Assembly: GCA_052279835.1 (NCBI GenBank)
Contig: CP181291.1
Span: 4,352,001-4,416,000 of the forward strand
Direction: 5' to 3'
Source: Microcoleus sp.
GTDB lineage: Bacteria; Cyanobacteriota; Cyanobacteriia; Cyanobacteriales; Microcoleaceae
Length of the DNA stretch: 64,000 nt
Within the stretch, counting starts at the first letter, position 1. Every line of letters starts with the position of its first letter. Of the stretch, positions 43,708 to 53,541 are shown piece after piece. The translations under genes were made by a program, and so were the position numbers. The notes under the pieces are model-generated. The model was not told the origin of the DNA, searched no databases, and saw nothing but the letters and a program-made list of their open reading frames with translations.

Positions 43708-45960
43708 TTAGAGTAGAGTAATTGAGGTTGAGGCTGGAGTACCAATGGAACCAGGGCCGAAACCTAGGTTGACACTACCAGCAGTCAAACCAGCAATGTT
43801 GTTAATTGTCAAGCTGACGCTAGTTTGTCCGTTAGCAAAATTCACGGTGCCGCCGGTAGCGTTGGGGAGTACGCCAGAGCCGGTGATAAAGTAGTCGGTA
43901 AGATTCTTGGGTTGGCCACCACCAGGTGCAGCTATCAAAAAGTCGATGGAACCCGTACCGACACCACTCGTCCGGTTGATGGTAAACGTTCCGCTAGTGC
44001 TGTCAGCCACAGGGGCTGGAGCAGAACCGTAGAAGAATCCATTGCTGATCCCACCACTGCTGTCGAGAATGGATAAGACTGCTGCTGACGGACTAGCTAC
44101 AGAGCCGCCACTGAGGAATAAGTTCACAGTCTCAGTCAATTCCGGGACCGTATCATTGATGATGGGAACACCTACTGTAGCGCTAGCTTGACCAGGAGCA
44201 AAGTTAACTGACACATTGCTGACAGAGACATAATCAGGGGCAGAAGCTGTGGCCGAACCGTCAGCAGTGCTAAATAGAATGGTTCCTGCCTTTGTCAAAT
44301 CCCCAGAGCGATTGATTGTCACGTTCACAGTGCTACCTTCGTTACCACTGTAAGTAGCGGCACTAAAGAAGAAGATACTAGGCCCAGTAGTTGCTGTAGT
44401 CGGAGTGGGAGTGGGAGTGGGACTGGTTGGAGTCGGAGTTGGAGTCGGAGTCGGCGCAACATCATTAATCGTCAAGATAGACGGGTTGCTGCCGACAGTA
44501 CCGCCACTGAGAACTAAGTTGACAGTTTCGGGCCCTTCAGTAACCGCATCAGTCAAAGCAGTGACAGTGAAACTGGCGCTATTTTGCCCAGCCGCAAAGT
44601 TGAGGGAACCCGCCCCAACGGTGTAGTCAGGGCTAGTGCCGCTAGAACTAGCTGAACCGTCGGTGGTGGCGTAGTTAATGGTTGCTGCACCAGTACCACC
44701 AGTGCGAGTGACTGTAATGGTGGCGGCACCGCCTTCATTCACCGTGTAACTGCCTTGGTCAAACTGGAAGACGCTTGCAGGCGTTGGAGTTGTAATCGGA
44801 GTCGGAGTCGGAGCTGGGGCACTTCCACCATCAAAAATGGTAACAGTGGCTGGATTCAGAGTACCTACATTACCGTTGTTGAGAAATACATTCACTGTCT
44901 CTGGGCCTTCGCTAATAGCATCGGTCAAAGTGGGGACAGTGAAAGTGGCGCTAGTTTGCCCGGCCGCAAAATTGAGTGTTCCGGTGGTGGCAGTATAATC
45001 AGTAGCCGAGCCGGTAGATAGGGCGGAACCATCAACGGTACCAAAGCTGATGCTTCCGGGAGCAGATGTATTGCCCGTGCGAATCACTGTGACTGTGGCG
45101 GGACTGCCTTCAGGGGTAGAGTAATTATTTGTGCTGAAGCTGAACACACTTGTAGGTGTTGTTCCCGGTGTCGGTGTGGGTGCGGGGGTTGGTGTGGGGG
45201 TTGGTGTGGGTGTGGGCAACCCGGAGGATTGAAACCAACCCGGATTTGCGCTCAGTTGTGCAGCAGTCAAACCTTGGAGGTTGACTAAATACTCGCCGGT
45301 GCCGGTATCGCGAACGAGGGTGTTGCCGATGCTGATGCCGTTGGAGCCGGTGCCGTCGATGAATTGCAAATCGCTGAATTGCAGTCCGCCAAATAACTGG
45401 ATGACATCGTTCCCGGAGAGTTGAAAGTCAGTAATGACGTCGGCATCGGAGACGCTGGGGCCGCCAGTAGTGGCTGTGGGTTTGCCGTCGCCTACTCGCC
45501 CGATCGCAAACAGGTCATTTCCACCACCACCGCTCATGGTATCAGAACCAAGGTCGCCGTAGAGTACGTCGTCGCCGAGGTCGCCCAGAATCAAGTCGTT
45601 GCCTTTACCACCGAACATCGTGTCGTTGTCTTTACCGCCGAACATCGAGTCGTTGCCGTCATTACCGAACACGCTGTCGCGGCCGATGTCGCCTCTTACT
45701 AAGTCGTTGCCTTTGCCACCGTATACTACGTCGTCGTCTTTGCCACCGTATACTTGGTCGTCGCCTTCGTTGCCGTTAAGAATATCATTGTCTGGACCGC
45801 CGAATACGAGGTCGTTTCCTGACCCTGCACCGATCGCATCATTACCGTCAAGTCCACTGATTGTATCGTCGCCTAGCAAGCTGCCTAGGCTAATTACGCG
45901 ACCGTCTGGTAAAGTTCCAGGTATGAGATCTGCGCCTAGAGTTCCTGTTATGTTTGCCAT
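43708..45960 (-). CDS. Ca-binding surface protein: N-terminal RTX repeats followed by Calx-beta domains and PT linkers
   Basis: About 12 GGxGxD-like nonapeptides, DVITDF..D.IQL module, three DGSA..DY..(L/V)NFAxGQ Calx-beta units. Confidence 0.85.
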   Translation of the reverse strand: MANITGTLGADLIPGTLPDGRVISLGSLLGDDTISGLDGNDAIGAGSGNDLVFGGPDNDILNGNEGDDQVYGGKDDDVVYGGKGNDLVRGDIGRDSVFGNDGNDSMFGGKDNDTMFGGKGNDLILGDLGDDVLYGDLGSDTMSGGGGNDLFAIGRVGDGKPTATTGGPSVSDADVITDFQLSGNDVIQLFGGLQFSDLQFIDGTGSNGISIGNTLVRDTGTGEYLVNLQGLTAAQLSANPGWFQSSGLPTPTPTPTPTPAPTPTPGTTPTSVFSFSTNNYSTPEGSPATVTVIRTGNTSAPGSISFGTVDGSALSTGSATDYTATTGTLNFAAGQTSATFTVPTLTDAISEGPETVNVFLNNGNVGTLNPATVTIFDGGSAPAPTPTPITTPTPASVFQFDQGSYTVNEGGAATITVTRTGGTGAATINYATTDGSASSSGTSPDYTVGAGSLNFAAGQNSASFTVTALTDAVTEGPETVNLVLSGGTVGSNPSILTINDVAPTPTPTPTPTSPTPTPTPTTATTGPSIFFFSAATYSGNEGSTVNVTINRSGDLTKAGTILFSTADGSATASAPDYVSVSNVSVNFAPGQASATVGVPIINDTVPELTETVNLFLSGGSVASPSAAVLSILDSSGGISNGFFYGSAPAPVADSTSGTFTINRTSGVGTGSIDFLIAAPGGGQPKNLTDYFITGSGVLPNATGGTVNFANGQTSVSLTINNIAGLTAGSVNLGFGPGSIGTPASTSITLL

Positions 45961-46387
45961 TTTTTTAATTCCACAGATTAGTTTTTTTTGCCTTTAGTAG
46001 AAGCACCTGTAGAATTTTTTTAGGGATTTATTGCACTATTTTTATACACGTATGATTGGTGCAACAATCCGGTATTTATGTCAGGATTGACTATACTTAT
46101 CCGTTAAGTCAAATAATTGCCCTAGGCAATCTTTGCTTGCTAGCACTTCGTCAGGTAAATCTGTTTTCATGCCCTGTTAATACCTCAGAAGAAAGCAGCT
46201 CGCATAAAGTTCCCATCGGTTCGGAATTTTATCCTGTAATTTTAATAGTTATCCCAAATATGTTTCTGTATAAATAATTGTCTATAAACTCCACCTCTAT
46301 CCTTCTAAACAATGAGATATTTTCAGGACGATTGTTGGAAAAATAAAGAGATATATAGCCTTTCTCAGATAGATGAGGTACGATCGA

Positions 46388-46543
46388 GAATTGGTAATAG
46401 GTAATTGGTAATTGGTAATGGGTAATAGGTAATGGGTAATGGGTAATTGGTAATTGGTTATTCCCGATTCCCGATTCCCGATTCCCGATTCCCGATTCCC
46501 GATTCCCGATTCCCGATTCCCCATTACCCATTACCCATTACCC
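46388..46543. repeat. STRR heptamer tracts (TTGGTAA/TGGGTAA, TTCCCGA, TTACCCA)
   Basis: Directly visible tandem heptamers; the outer tracts are mutually complementary. Confidence 0.95.
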
Positions 46544-46647
46544 TATTTACACCTAAATCTAACTAGCAAAAACATCAAACACAGAACCCCGACTTCTTTA
46601 CAAAGTCGGGGTTCTATGGCGATTATTCCTTCTGCCTTCAACATCTG

Positions 46648-48657
46648 CTATAGTTCTGAGATGAGAGTGCGGCGATCGCGCCTTGCTTCCTCATTTTCTG
46701 GATCGATAGCAATGGCTCGATCGTAGGCTGTCATTGCTTCTTCATAGCGCTTTAATTGCGACAACACTGTCCCCAAGTGATGCCAAGCGTCGTAGGAATC
46801 TGGCTTAATTGCAACCGCTTGTTCGTAGGCGGCGATCGCTTCTTGGTTTCGGTACAATTTTGCTAAGGCTTCGCCTTTACCAAACCAAGCTTCATAACAC
46901 TGAGGGTTAATTTCGATCGCTTTTTCGTAAGATGCGATGGCGGGTGCGTAATCCAACAGTTTCTCGAAAGCTGTACCTCGGTTGTGCCAAATTTCAAAGT
47001 CGTTTGATTTAATCGCAATGGCTTTGTCATAGGATGCGATCGCATCCAGATAGCGGTGTATGTTTCCGAAGACAGCACCTCGATTGTACCAAACTTCATA
47101 TTTGTCTGGGGCGATGCTGATGGCTCGATCGTAGGAATCAATCGCATCTTTGTAGCGCAGCAATTTCCACAACACATTACCTCGATTGTACCAGGTTTCG
47201 TATCTATTGGGATAGATGGCAATCGCTCGATCGTAGGAATCGACTGCTGCTTGGTACTGCTGTATTTTGCCCAACATCACGGCTCGGTTGTGCCAAATTT
47301 CGCTGTCGGTTGCTTTGATGGCGAGGGCGCGATCGTAACTGGCGATCGCCTCTTCGTAGTGGTGCAATTTCCCCAATAAAGCTGCGATATTGTGCCAGGG
47401 AGCATAATTTGTGGGTTCGATCGCACTTGCTTCCTGGTAACAGAGGATCGCCTCTTCGTACTTTTGCAATTTTCCCAGCAAATTAGCTTTATGATACCAG
47501 GCTTGGTAGTTATTTGATTTAATAGATATGGCTTGGTCATAACAGGCGATCGCCTCTTCGTACTTTTGCAATTTTATTAACACATTTCCGCGCCAATACC
47601 AAGCCATATCTAAATTATTATTCGTTAAAATAGCTTTTTCAAAGCAGACTACTGCCTCATCATATTTGCCTTGAAAATAAAGCCCTTCCCCTTGCTTGAT
47701 ATAATCATCAGCAATCAAATTATTGTCCTCACTAGAAACCGAATCTACTTGTGACTCTGGCGAGTTGTTGGAGGGAGGTGTTGGTGGGACTTTGACAACT
47801 TCCTGGGCTACCACGGCGGGGAGTTGAGAAATTTCTTGAACAATTTGAGATTTTTTTTCGTAAACTTCTGTCAGCAAAACTTGCAGGTGCATCAAAAATT
47901 GAGACTTGAGAGTTTCTATTTGCTCGACAGAAGATTTAGAAACTTCAGTTTCTTTACTTAAAAAATCAATGGATTGTTTGGCTGCACTCATTTGTGCTTC
48001 TAATTCATCTCTCAATTTTTGATTCAACTGACTAGAATTGATTAATTCTGATTCTAATACACCAATTCCCTGTAATCTTTTATTGGCATCAGCCACCAAC
48101 TGTCTGATTACCAGCCGTCGCATCATCCAAAAAAAAGCAATGCTAACAGGGGGAAATATAGTCCCCAGAATCAGCAAAATATTGAGCAAAGTTACAGTAT
48201 GATTAAAACTATATTCCGAGTCGATATTGCCACCAGCGCGGGGAGAGAGAAAATCGAAAGCATCGCGAGCTTGGGGGATGGTTTGAGTACCGGATTCGAT
48301 TAATTTAGCTAGCCAAGTTTCTTGTAAGGATTTGGTCAATTCATCGCCGGATGAAGATGTAGTTTTTTCCTGGGTTTTGGCTGGGGTAGATGACAGGGGT
48401 GGCGCTGTCGCTACCAGCAAACCTGTCTGGGATTTGACAGCAATGCGTGGGGAAAATTGTTCGTGGGCGATCGTCTCTGGGGCGCTAATAGAATGAGCGG
48501 GACGGGCTACGGTATTATTTATGGCATCCACAAAGTTGCTGCTTTGTGGTGTTTGAGGAGCAGCGGGAGGTGGAGCGGGAGTGGCGCTAGTATTAGCAGT
48601 TAAATTCTGGGATGCGAGGGCAGCCAGAGTCAAAAAAGCTACATTTGATACTCGCAT
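46648..48657 (-). CDS. TPR protein with signal peptide, one TM helix and coiled coil
   Basis: About 10 W.NRG..L..L..Y.EAI..YD.A TPR units. Hydrophobic LLNILLILGTIFPPVSIAFFW. Confidence 0.88.
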   Translation of the reverse strand: MRVSNVAFLTLAALASQNLTANTSATPAPPPAAPQTPQSSNFVDAINNTVARPAHSISAPETIAHEQFSPRIAVKSQTGLLVATAPPLSSTPAKTQEKTTSSSGDELTKSLQETWLAKLIESGTQTIPQARDAFDFLSPRAGGNIDSEYSFNHTVTLLNILLILGTIFPPVSIAFFWMMRRLVIRQLVADANKRLQGIGVLESELINSSQLNQKLRDELEAQMSAAKQSIDFLSKETEVSKSSVEQIETLKSQFLMHLQVLLTEVYEKKSQIVQEISQLPAVVAQEVVKVPPTPPSNNSPESQVDSVSSEDNNLIADDYIKQGEGLYFQGKYDEAVVCFEKAILTNNNLDMAWYWRGNVLIKLQKYEEAIACYDQAISIKSNNYQAWYHKANLLGKLQKYEEAILCYQEASAIEPTNYAPWHNIAALLGKLHHYEEAIASYDRALAIKATDSEIWHNRAVMLGKIQQYQAAVDSYDRAIAIYPNRYETWYNRGNVLWKLLRYKDAIDSYDRAISIAPDKYEVWYNRGAVFGNIHRYLDAIASYDKAIAIKSNDFEIWHNRGTAFEKLLDYAPAIASYEKAIEINPQCYEAWFGKGEALAKLYRNQEAIAAYEQAVAIKPDSYDAWHHLGTVLSQLKRYEEAMTAYDRAIAIDPENEEARRDRRTLISEL

Positions 48658-49057
48658 AAGCGTAAAATTACTTAGGAGGAGTTAGTGCTTGCCGATCGCT
48701 CATCGGGCGATCGCGATTCTAGTGTCAGCAGCCAGAATCGCTAGGCCAGAGAGTTTGGCTTACTATCTCCAAAATACGCCCAGCCTCTGATTTATCAGGA
48801 AAAGTGCCAACAATTCCCACTCTGCCACTTTCCCGAAAGGATAGATGGTGGCGATCGCTCCGGTTCCATCACCCTATAGTCAGATACCCAAAAATTTCTG
48901 GGAAGTCGGGTATCAAAAATATCAATAAACTCGTTGTTGAAAAATGATAAAATAGACATTTCCTAAAAAGCCAGTCTTGGAACAGCAGAATGCCAAGCCC
49001 AAAATAATTTTGGGGATGTCCATAACTAATTAAATCAACAGTAATTGAGGGCAATTC

Positions 49058-50209
49058 ATGACAGAAGAACGCACTTACTGGCTGGCTTGGTCTCAAATTA
49101 ACGGCATCGGGCCGATTTTATTACAAAGATTGCAGGAACATTTTCAGAGTTTAGCAACAGCTTGGACGGCAAAATCCCTAGATTTATGCCAAGTTGAAGG
49201 CTTTGGTAAACAGACTATTGAAAAAGTAATAGCAGAACGAAAAAAGATTAATCCCGAACAATTTTTGGAACAACATCTCATCAAAAATCCCCTTTTTTGG
49301 ACACCAGCCGATGCAGATTATCCTCGTTTATTATTAGAAATTCCCAATCCGCCAGCAGTCTTATATTATCGGGGTACAGTTGATACCAAAGAAAATCAAG
49401 GAATTACGCCCACAGTAGCAATTGTGGGTACTCGCTCTCCTTCGGAATATGGTAGACGATGGGCTCGTAAATTTAGTGCTGCTTTAGCTAAAAGCGGTTT
49501 TACTGTGGTGTCGGGATTGGCGGCTGGAATCGATACAGAAGCTCATACAAGCTGTTTGGGTGCGGGAGGGCGGACTTTTGCCATATTAGGCACGGGAGTT
49601 GATATCGTTTATCCTAGACAAAATGATAAGTTGTACGATCGCATTTTGCAGCAGGGATTAGCAATTAGTGAATATCCCGCTGGTACTCAACCAAATAAAA
49701 CTAATTTTCCCCGGAGAAATCGGATAATTGCTGGTTTAAGTCGTGCTACCATAGTCATAGAAGCTCCGCGCCAATCTGGTGCTTTAATTACCGCTTATCA
49801 AGCTAATGATTTTTGCCGGGATGTCTATGTTTTGACCGCAAGATTAGATGATGAACTTTCCTTTGGATGTTTGGAATTATTGAGTAAAGGTGCTCATCCA
49901 ATTCTGCCCAATAGCGATCGACTTTTGAGCGAAGAACGATTGTTAGAAATGCTGGGAGCTATCCCAAAATTGGATTGTCCCCAACAATTGTCCCTATTTC
50001 CAGCCAATCCATCTCCACAAAAGCAAGAGCCAGCATTGGATAGGGAATTAGCTTTGGTGTTAAGTGCGATAGAATCTGGTCCGATTGCTTTTGATTCCAT
50101 TGTCCAAGTCGCAGGATTAGATACCGGCAAAATTTCTAGTGCACTATTGCAATTAGAATTATTAGGATTAGTGTCGCAGTTACCGGGAATGCGATATCAG
50201 CGGTGCTGA
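49058..50209 (+). CDS. dprA: DNA processing protein DprA
   Basis: AIVGTR, VVSGLAAGID, FPRRNRIIAG, SGALITA, C-terminal winged helix LLQLELLG. Confidence 0.96.
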   Translation: MTEERTYWLAWSQINGIGPILLQRLQEHFQSLATAWTAKSLDLCQVEGFGKQTIEKVIAERKKINPEQFLEQHLIKNPLFWTPADADYPRLLLEIPNPPAVLYYRGTVDTKENQGITPTVAIVGTRSPSEYGRRWARKFSAALAKSGFTVVSGLAAGIDTEAHTSCLGAGGRTFAILGTGVDIVYPRQNDKLYDRILQQGLAISEYPAGTQPNKTNFPRRNRIIAGLSRATIVIEAPRQSGALITAYQANDFCRDVYVLTARLDDELSFGCLELLSKGAHPILPNSDRLLSEERLLEMLGAIPKLDCPQQLSLFPANPSPQKQEPALDRELALVLSAIESGPIAFDSIVQVAGLDTGKISSALLQLELLGLVSQLPGMRYQRC

Positions 50210-50218
50210 TTCACAAGA

Positions 50219-50322
50219 TATAGCAATCCTCGCATCATTTCTGAATTTCTTCCTCCCTCCCCTTAGTAAGGGGAGGGCTGGGGTGGGGTAAAAAAGTTAC
50301 GACTCCTCCAAGGATTGCTATA
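50219..50322. mobile_element. MITE with TATAGCAATCCT / AGGATTGCTATA TIRs and internal CCCTCCCCTT..AAGGGGAGGG palindrome
   Basis: Perfect 12-bp TIRs bounded by TA, between convergent genes. Confidence 0.85.
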
Positions 50323-50323
50323 T

Positions 50324-53300
50324 TTATTCTTGATTATTTTTGCCTTCCACATATCCATTATCTACCAGTCGCCAAGCACCGCCAGAATTCCCTGTCAAAT
50401 CGCAATCTGCCACCTTCGCAATAGCATCTTTATAAAGTGCGATCGCCGAGGAGCCATTACCAGTAATTCGACACCGACGTACAATCAATTTCCCTCCCAA
50501 TCCGACACCAATTCCTACAGTACCGTTGCTAAAGATATGACTATCTTCCACAGTTAGTTTGGCCGCATCAGAGAGAAAAATTCCGTTCCAGATACCGTCA
50601 TGAATTTGACAGCGACGGATTACAGAAGCAGCATTATCCCCGCAAATTCCCACCACAGAATAGTCCGCAGAAGTAATATCGCTATCTTCGATGACTAACT
50701 CTCCTTCACGAATATCCACCGCATAATAATTTCCAGTAGCATTGAGGGTTAAACCTCGCACTAAAGCGGATGCTGTTTGCATTTTGATGCAGTTAGAATT
50801 GGTACTTTGAACCACAATGCTTCCGGCTTCTGTTTTACCGATAATTTCCACAGATTTATCGAGGATGAGACTTTCTAAATATAAGCCCGGATTCACATAA
50901 ATGCGAGTGTTTGGTGCTGCATTTTGTAGTGCTTCGTTAATTGTAGTATAATTGCCTTTTCCTTGTTGACAAACAACCAATTCTAGGCTATTGGAGATTT
51001 GAGCGGGGAAAGTTGATGCTACAATTTCTTGAGATTGAGGAGCGGGTGTTTCAATTTGTCCATCCCCCGTTAGGGATTGTGCTGGGATTTCTGATAGTTG
51101 TGTACTGAGTTGCAACTTTTCGCGCTCAAAATTTGCTAACTGATGCTCTAATTCGGATATTTGAGTTGTCAGGTTAGCTTGCTGTTGTTGCGCCGTCTCT
51201 AATTGACTTTGCATTTCCTGAATTTGGGTATAATATTGCGATCGCTCTTGTTGAGATTTTTCTAAATCTGACTGTAATTGAGAGCGACTGTGCTCTAATT
51301 CGGATATTTGAGTTGTCAGGTTAGCTTGCTGTTGTTGCGCCGTCTCTAATTGACTTTGCATTTGGGCAATTTGGCTGTTATATTGCGATCGCTCTTGTTG
51401 AGATTTTTCTAAATCTGACTGTAATTGAGAGCGACTGTGCTCTAATTCGGATATTTGAGTTGTCAGGTTAGCTTGCTGTTGTTGCGCCGTCTCTAATTGA
51501 CTTTGCATTTGGGCAATTTGGCTGTTATATTGCGATCGCTCTTGTTGAGATTTTTCTAAATCTGCTTGTAGTTGGGAGCGACTGTGCTCTAACTCGGATA
51601 TTTGAGTTGTCAGGTTAGCTTGCTGTTGTTGCGCCGCCTCTAATTGACTTTGCATTTCGGCAATTTGGCTGTTATATTGCGATCGCTCTTGTTGAGATTT
51701 TTCTAAATCTGCTTGTAGTTGGGAGCGACTGTGCTCTAACTCGGATATTTGAGTTGTCAGGTTAGCTTGCTGTTGTTGCGCCGTCTCTAATTGACTTTGC
51801 ATTTCGGCAATTTGGCTGTTATATTGCGATCGCTCTTGATGTGCTGTTTCCCAATCTGACTGTAATTGGGAGCGACTGTGCTCTAATTCGGATACTTGAG
51901 CTGTCAGGTTAGCTTGCTGTTGTTGCGCCGTCTCTAATTGACTTTGCATTTCGGCAATTTGCGTATAATATTGCGATCGCTCTTGATTGGCTGTTTCCCA
52001 ATCTGACTGTAATTGGGAGCGACTCTGCTCTAATTCGGATATTTGAGTTGTCAGGTTAGCTTGCTGTTGTTGCGCCGTCTCTAATTGACTTTGCATTTCG
52101 GCAATTTGCGTATAATATTGCGATCGCTCTTGCTGAGATTTTTCTAAATCAGCTTGTAGTTGGGAAGACTGAGATTGAAACTGCGATAGAGCTTGCTCAT
52201 TTTGATTAATTTTATCCTCGACAGCCTCTAATTGTAGTACCAAATCTTCTCGCTCTTGCGAAATCATCCTTGACTGATTTTCCCCCGCCACAATTAGAGC
52301 TTTTAATTCAGTTATCTCCTGATTCGCTGCTTCTAAATTAGATTGAGCTTCCGATAGTTCCCGTTTCATTTGGGAGAGTTCTTCATGCTCTGATTCTAAC
52401 TGGACTTGCGATTCAGACAGTCGATCGTTCAGTTGCGCTTTTTCTTGAGTTACATTTGCCAATTTCGGCTCTAATTCTAAAATTTGATAACTTAAAGCTT
52501 CCCGTTCCTCAATCAGAGACTCCAACTGTTTTTCCAGATTTAATAATTGCGGTTGAATTTCCGTTTGCTTTTGGCTAGCATTTTGTAATTGAATATGTAA
52601 CAATTGTCGTTCAATATTAGAATTTTCAAGCTGATATTCTACTTCTGATAACTGATTTACGAAGACCAATTTTTCTTCTTCGAGAATATCTAGCTGAGCT
52701 TGTAAATTAGATTTTTGAAATAAAATTTCCTCTTTTTCTTTCACAGCGCGATCGCACTTGATTTTGCTTTCCGCCACTTGGTACTGTAGCTGCAACTTTT
52801 CTTGATTAGCCGCTGCTAATTCACCTTGGATTTGTGATAATTGCTCCTGAAATAAACCAATTTCTTGGTACAATGGTTCTGACTCTGCTTGAGTTTGCTC
52901 TAATTGTAATTTCAGTTGCGATCGCTCTTGTTCGGCTATGTCTAATTGATATTTAACTTCTTCGGCCAATTTCGACAGAGATAACTGATTTTCTCTAGCA
53001 CTTTCTAATTGAAATTGCAAGTCTAAAACCAGAGCGTCAACCTGGGCTCTATCTTCAGTCATTAGTGCCAACATCTGTTCCAATTCCGAGACTTGCGTAT
53101 TTAACAAGTATTGTTGCTCATTCCTTTGGTTTAAGGAATTTTCCAGCTCCGAAACTTGAAAATTTAGCTGATTTTCTTCCTGAATTTTCTGCCTAATTTC
53201 CCCATTTTTTACCCCCAACTCCGAGGCTAACTGCGACATAGCCTGCTGGGATTTGTCTATCCGCATCAAGTTGCGCTTGTTGCGCTCGTTCAAAATTATC

Positions 53301-53353
53301 CAACATACTAACAACCCGCCCCCAAATCCTATTAATAAGAGTAATGCTTCCAT
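50324..53353 (-). CDS. Membrane-anchored long coiled-coil protein with 7 x 49-aa repeats and a C-terminal parallel beta-helix domain
   Basis: N-terminal TM, Q/E/L heptads, 147-bp tandem repeats at 51142-52165, GNYTTINEAL..PGLYLE.. beta-helix. Confidence 0.85.
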   Translation of the reverse strand: MEALLLLIGFGGGLLVCWIILNERNKRNLMRIDKSQQAMSQLASELGVKNGEIRQKIQEENQLNFQVSELENSLNQRNEQQYLLNTQVSELEQMLALMTEDRAQVDALVLDLQFQLESARENQLSLSKLAEEVKYQLDIAEQERSQLKLQLEQTQAESEPLYQEIGLFQEQLSQIQGELAAANQEKLQLQYQVAESKIKCDRAVKEKEEILFQKSNLQAQLDILEEEKLVFVNQLSEVEYQLENSNIERQLLHIQLQNASQKQTEIQPQLLNLEKQLESLIEEREALSYQILELEPKLANVTQEKAQLNDRLSESQVQLESEHEELSQMKRELSEAQSNLEAANQEITELKALIVAGENQSRMISQEREDLVLQLEAVEDKINQNEQALSQFQSQSSQLQADLEKSQQERSQYYTQIAEMQSQLETAQQQQANLTTQISELEQSRSQLQSDWETANQERSQYYTQIAEMQSQLETAQQQQANLTAQVSELEHSRSQLQSDWETAHQERSQYNSQIAEMQSQLETAQQQQANLTTQISELEHSRSQLQADLEKSQQERSQYNSQIAEMQSQLEAAQQQQANLTTQISELEHSRSQLQADLEKSQQERSQYNSQIAQMQSQLETAQQQQANLTTQISELEHSRSQLQSDLEKSQQERSQYNSQIAQMQSQLETAQQQQANLTTQISELEHSRSQLQSDLEKSQQERSQYYTQIQEMQSQLETAQQQQANLTTQISELEHQLANFEREKLQLSTQLSEIPAQSLTGDGQIETPAPQSQEIVASTFPAQISNSLELVVCQQGKGNYTTINEALQNAAPNTRIYVNPGLYLESLILDKSVEIIGKTEAGSIVVQSTNSNCIKMQTASALVRGLTLNATGNYYAVDIREGELVIEDSDITSADYSVVGICGDNAASVIRRCQIHDGIWNGIFLSDAAKLTVEDSHIFSNGTVGIGVGLGGKLIVRRCRITGNGSSAIALYKDAIAKVADCDLTGNSGGAWRLVDNGYVEGKNNQE

Positions 53354-53541
53354 TTGCTTTATTTAATTGATAAATTTTAAAGATTCTTAATGTGTTATGA
53401 CACAAAATATACCTTCGTCAATAGGTAGTGCGGTCAATCATATCACAAATTATTCCAGGATTTAATTTTTCTGACACTATTTATATTTCTTTACAACCTC
53501 CGCAGCGATCGCAGAGGTTGAAGTTATCAGCCGTTACAGAG

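Noticed and set aside
51142..52165. 147-bp repeats as a CRISPR-like or DGR array
   Set aside because: Contiguous coding repeats without spacers, no adenine-specific variation, and no reverse transcriptase in the window.
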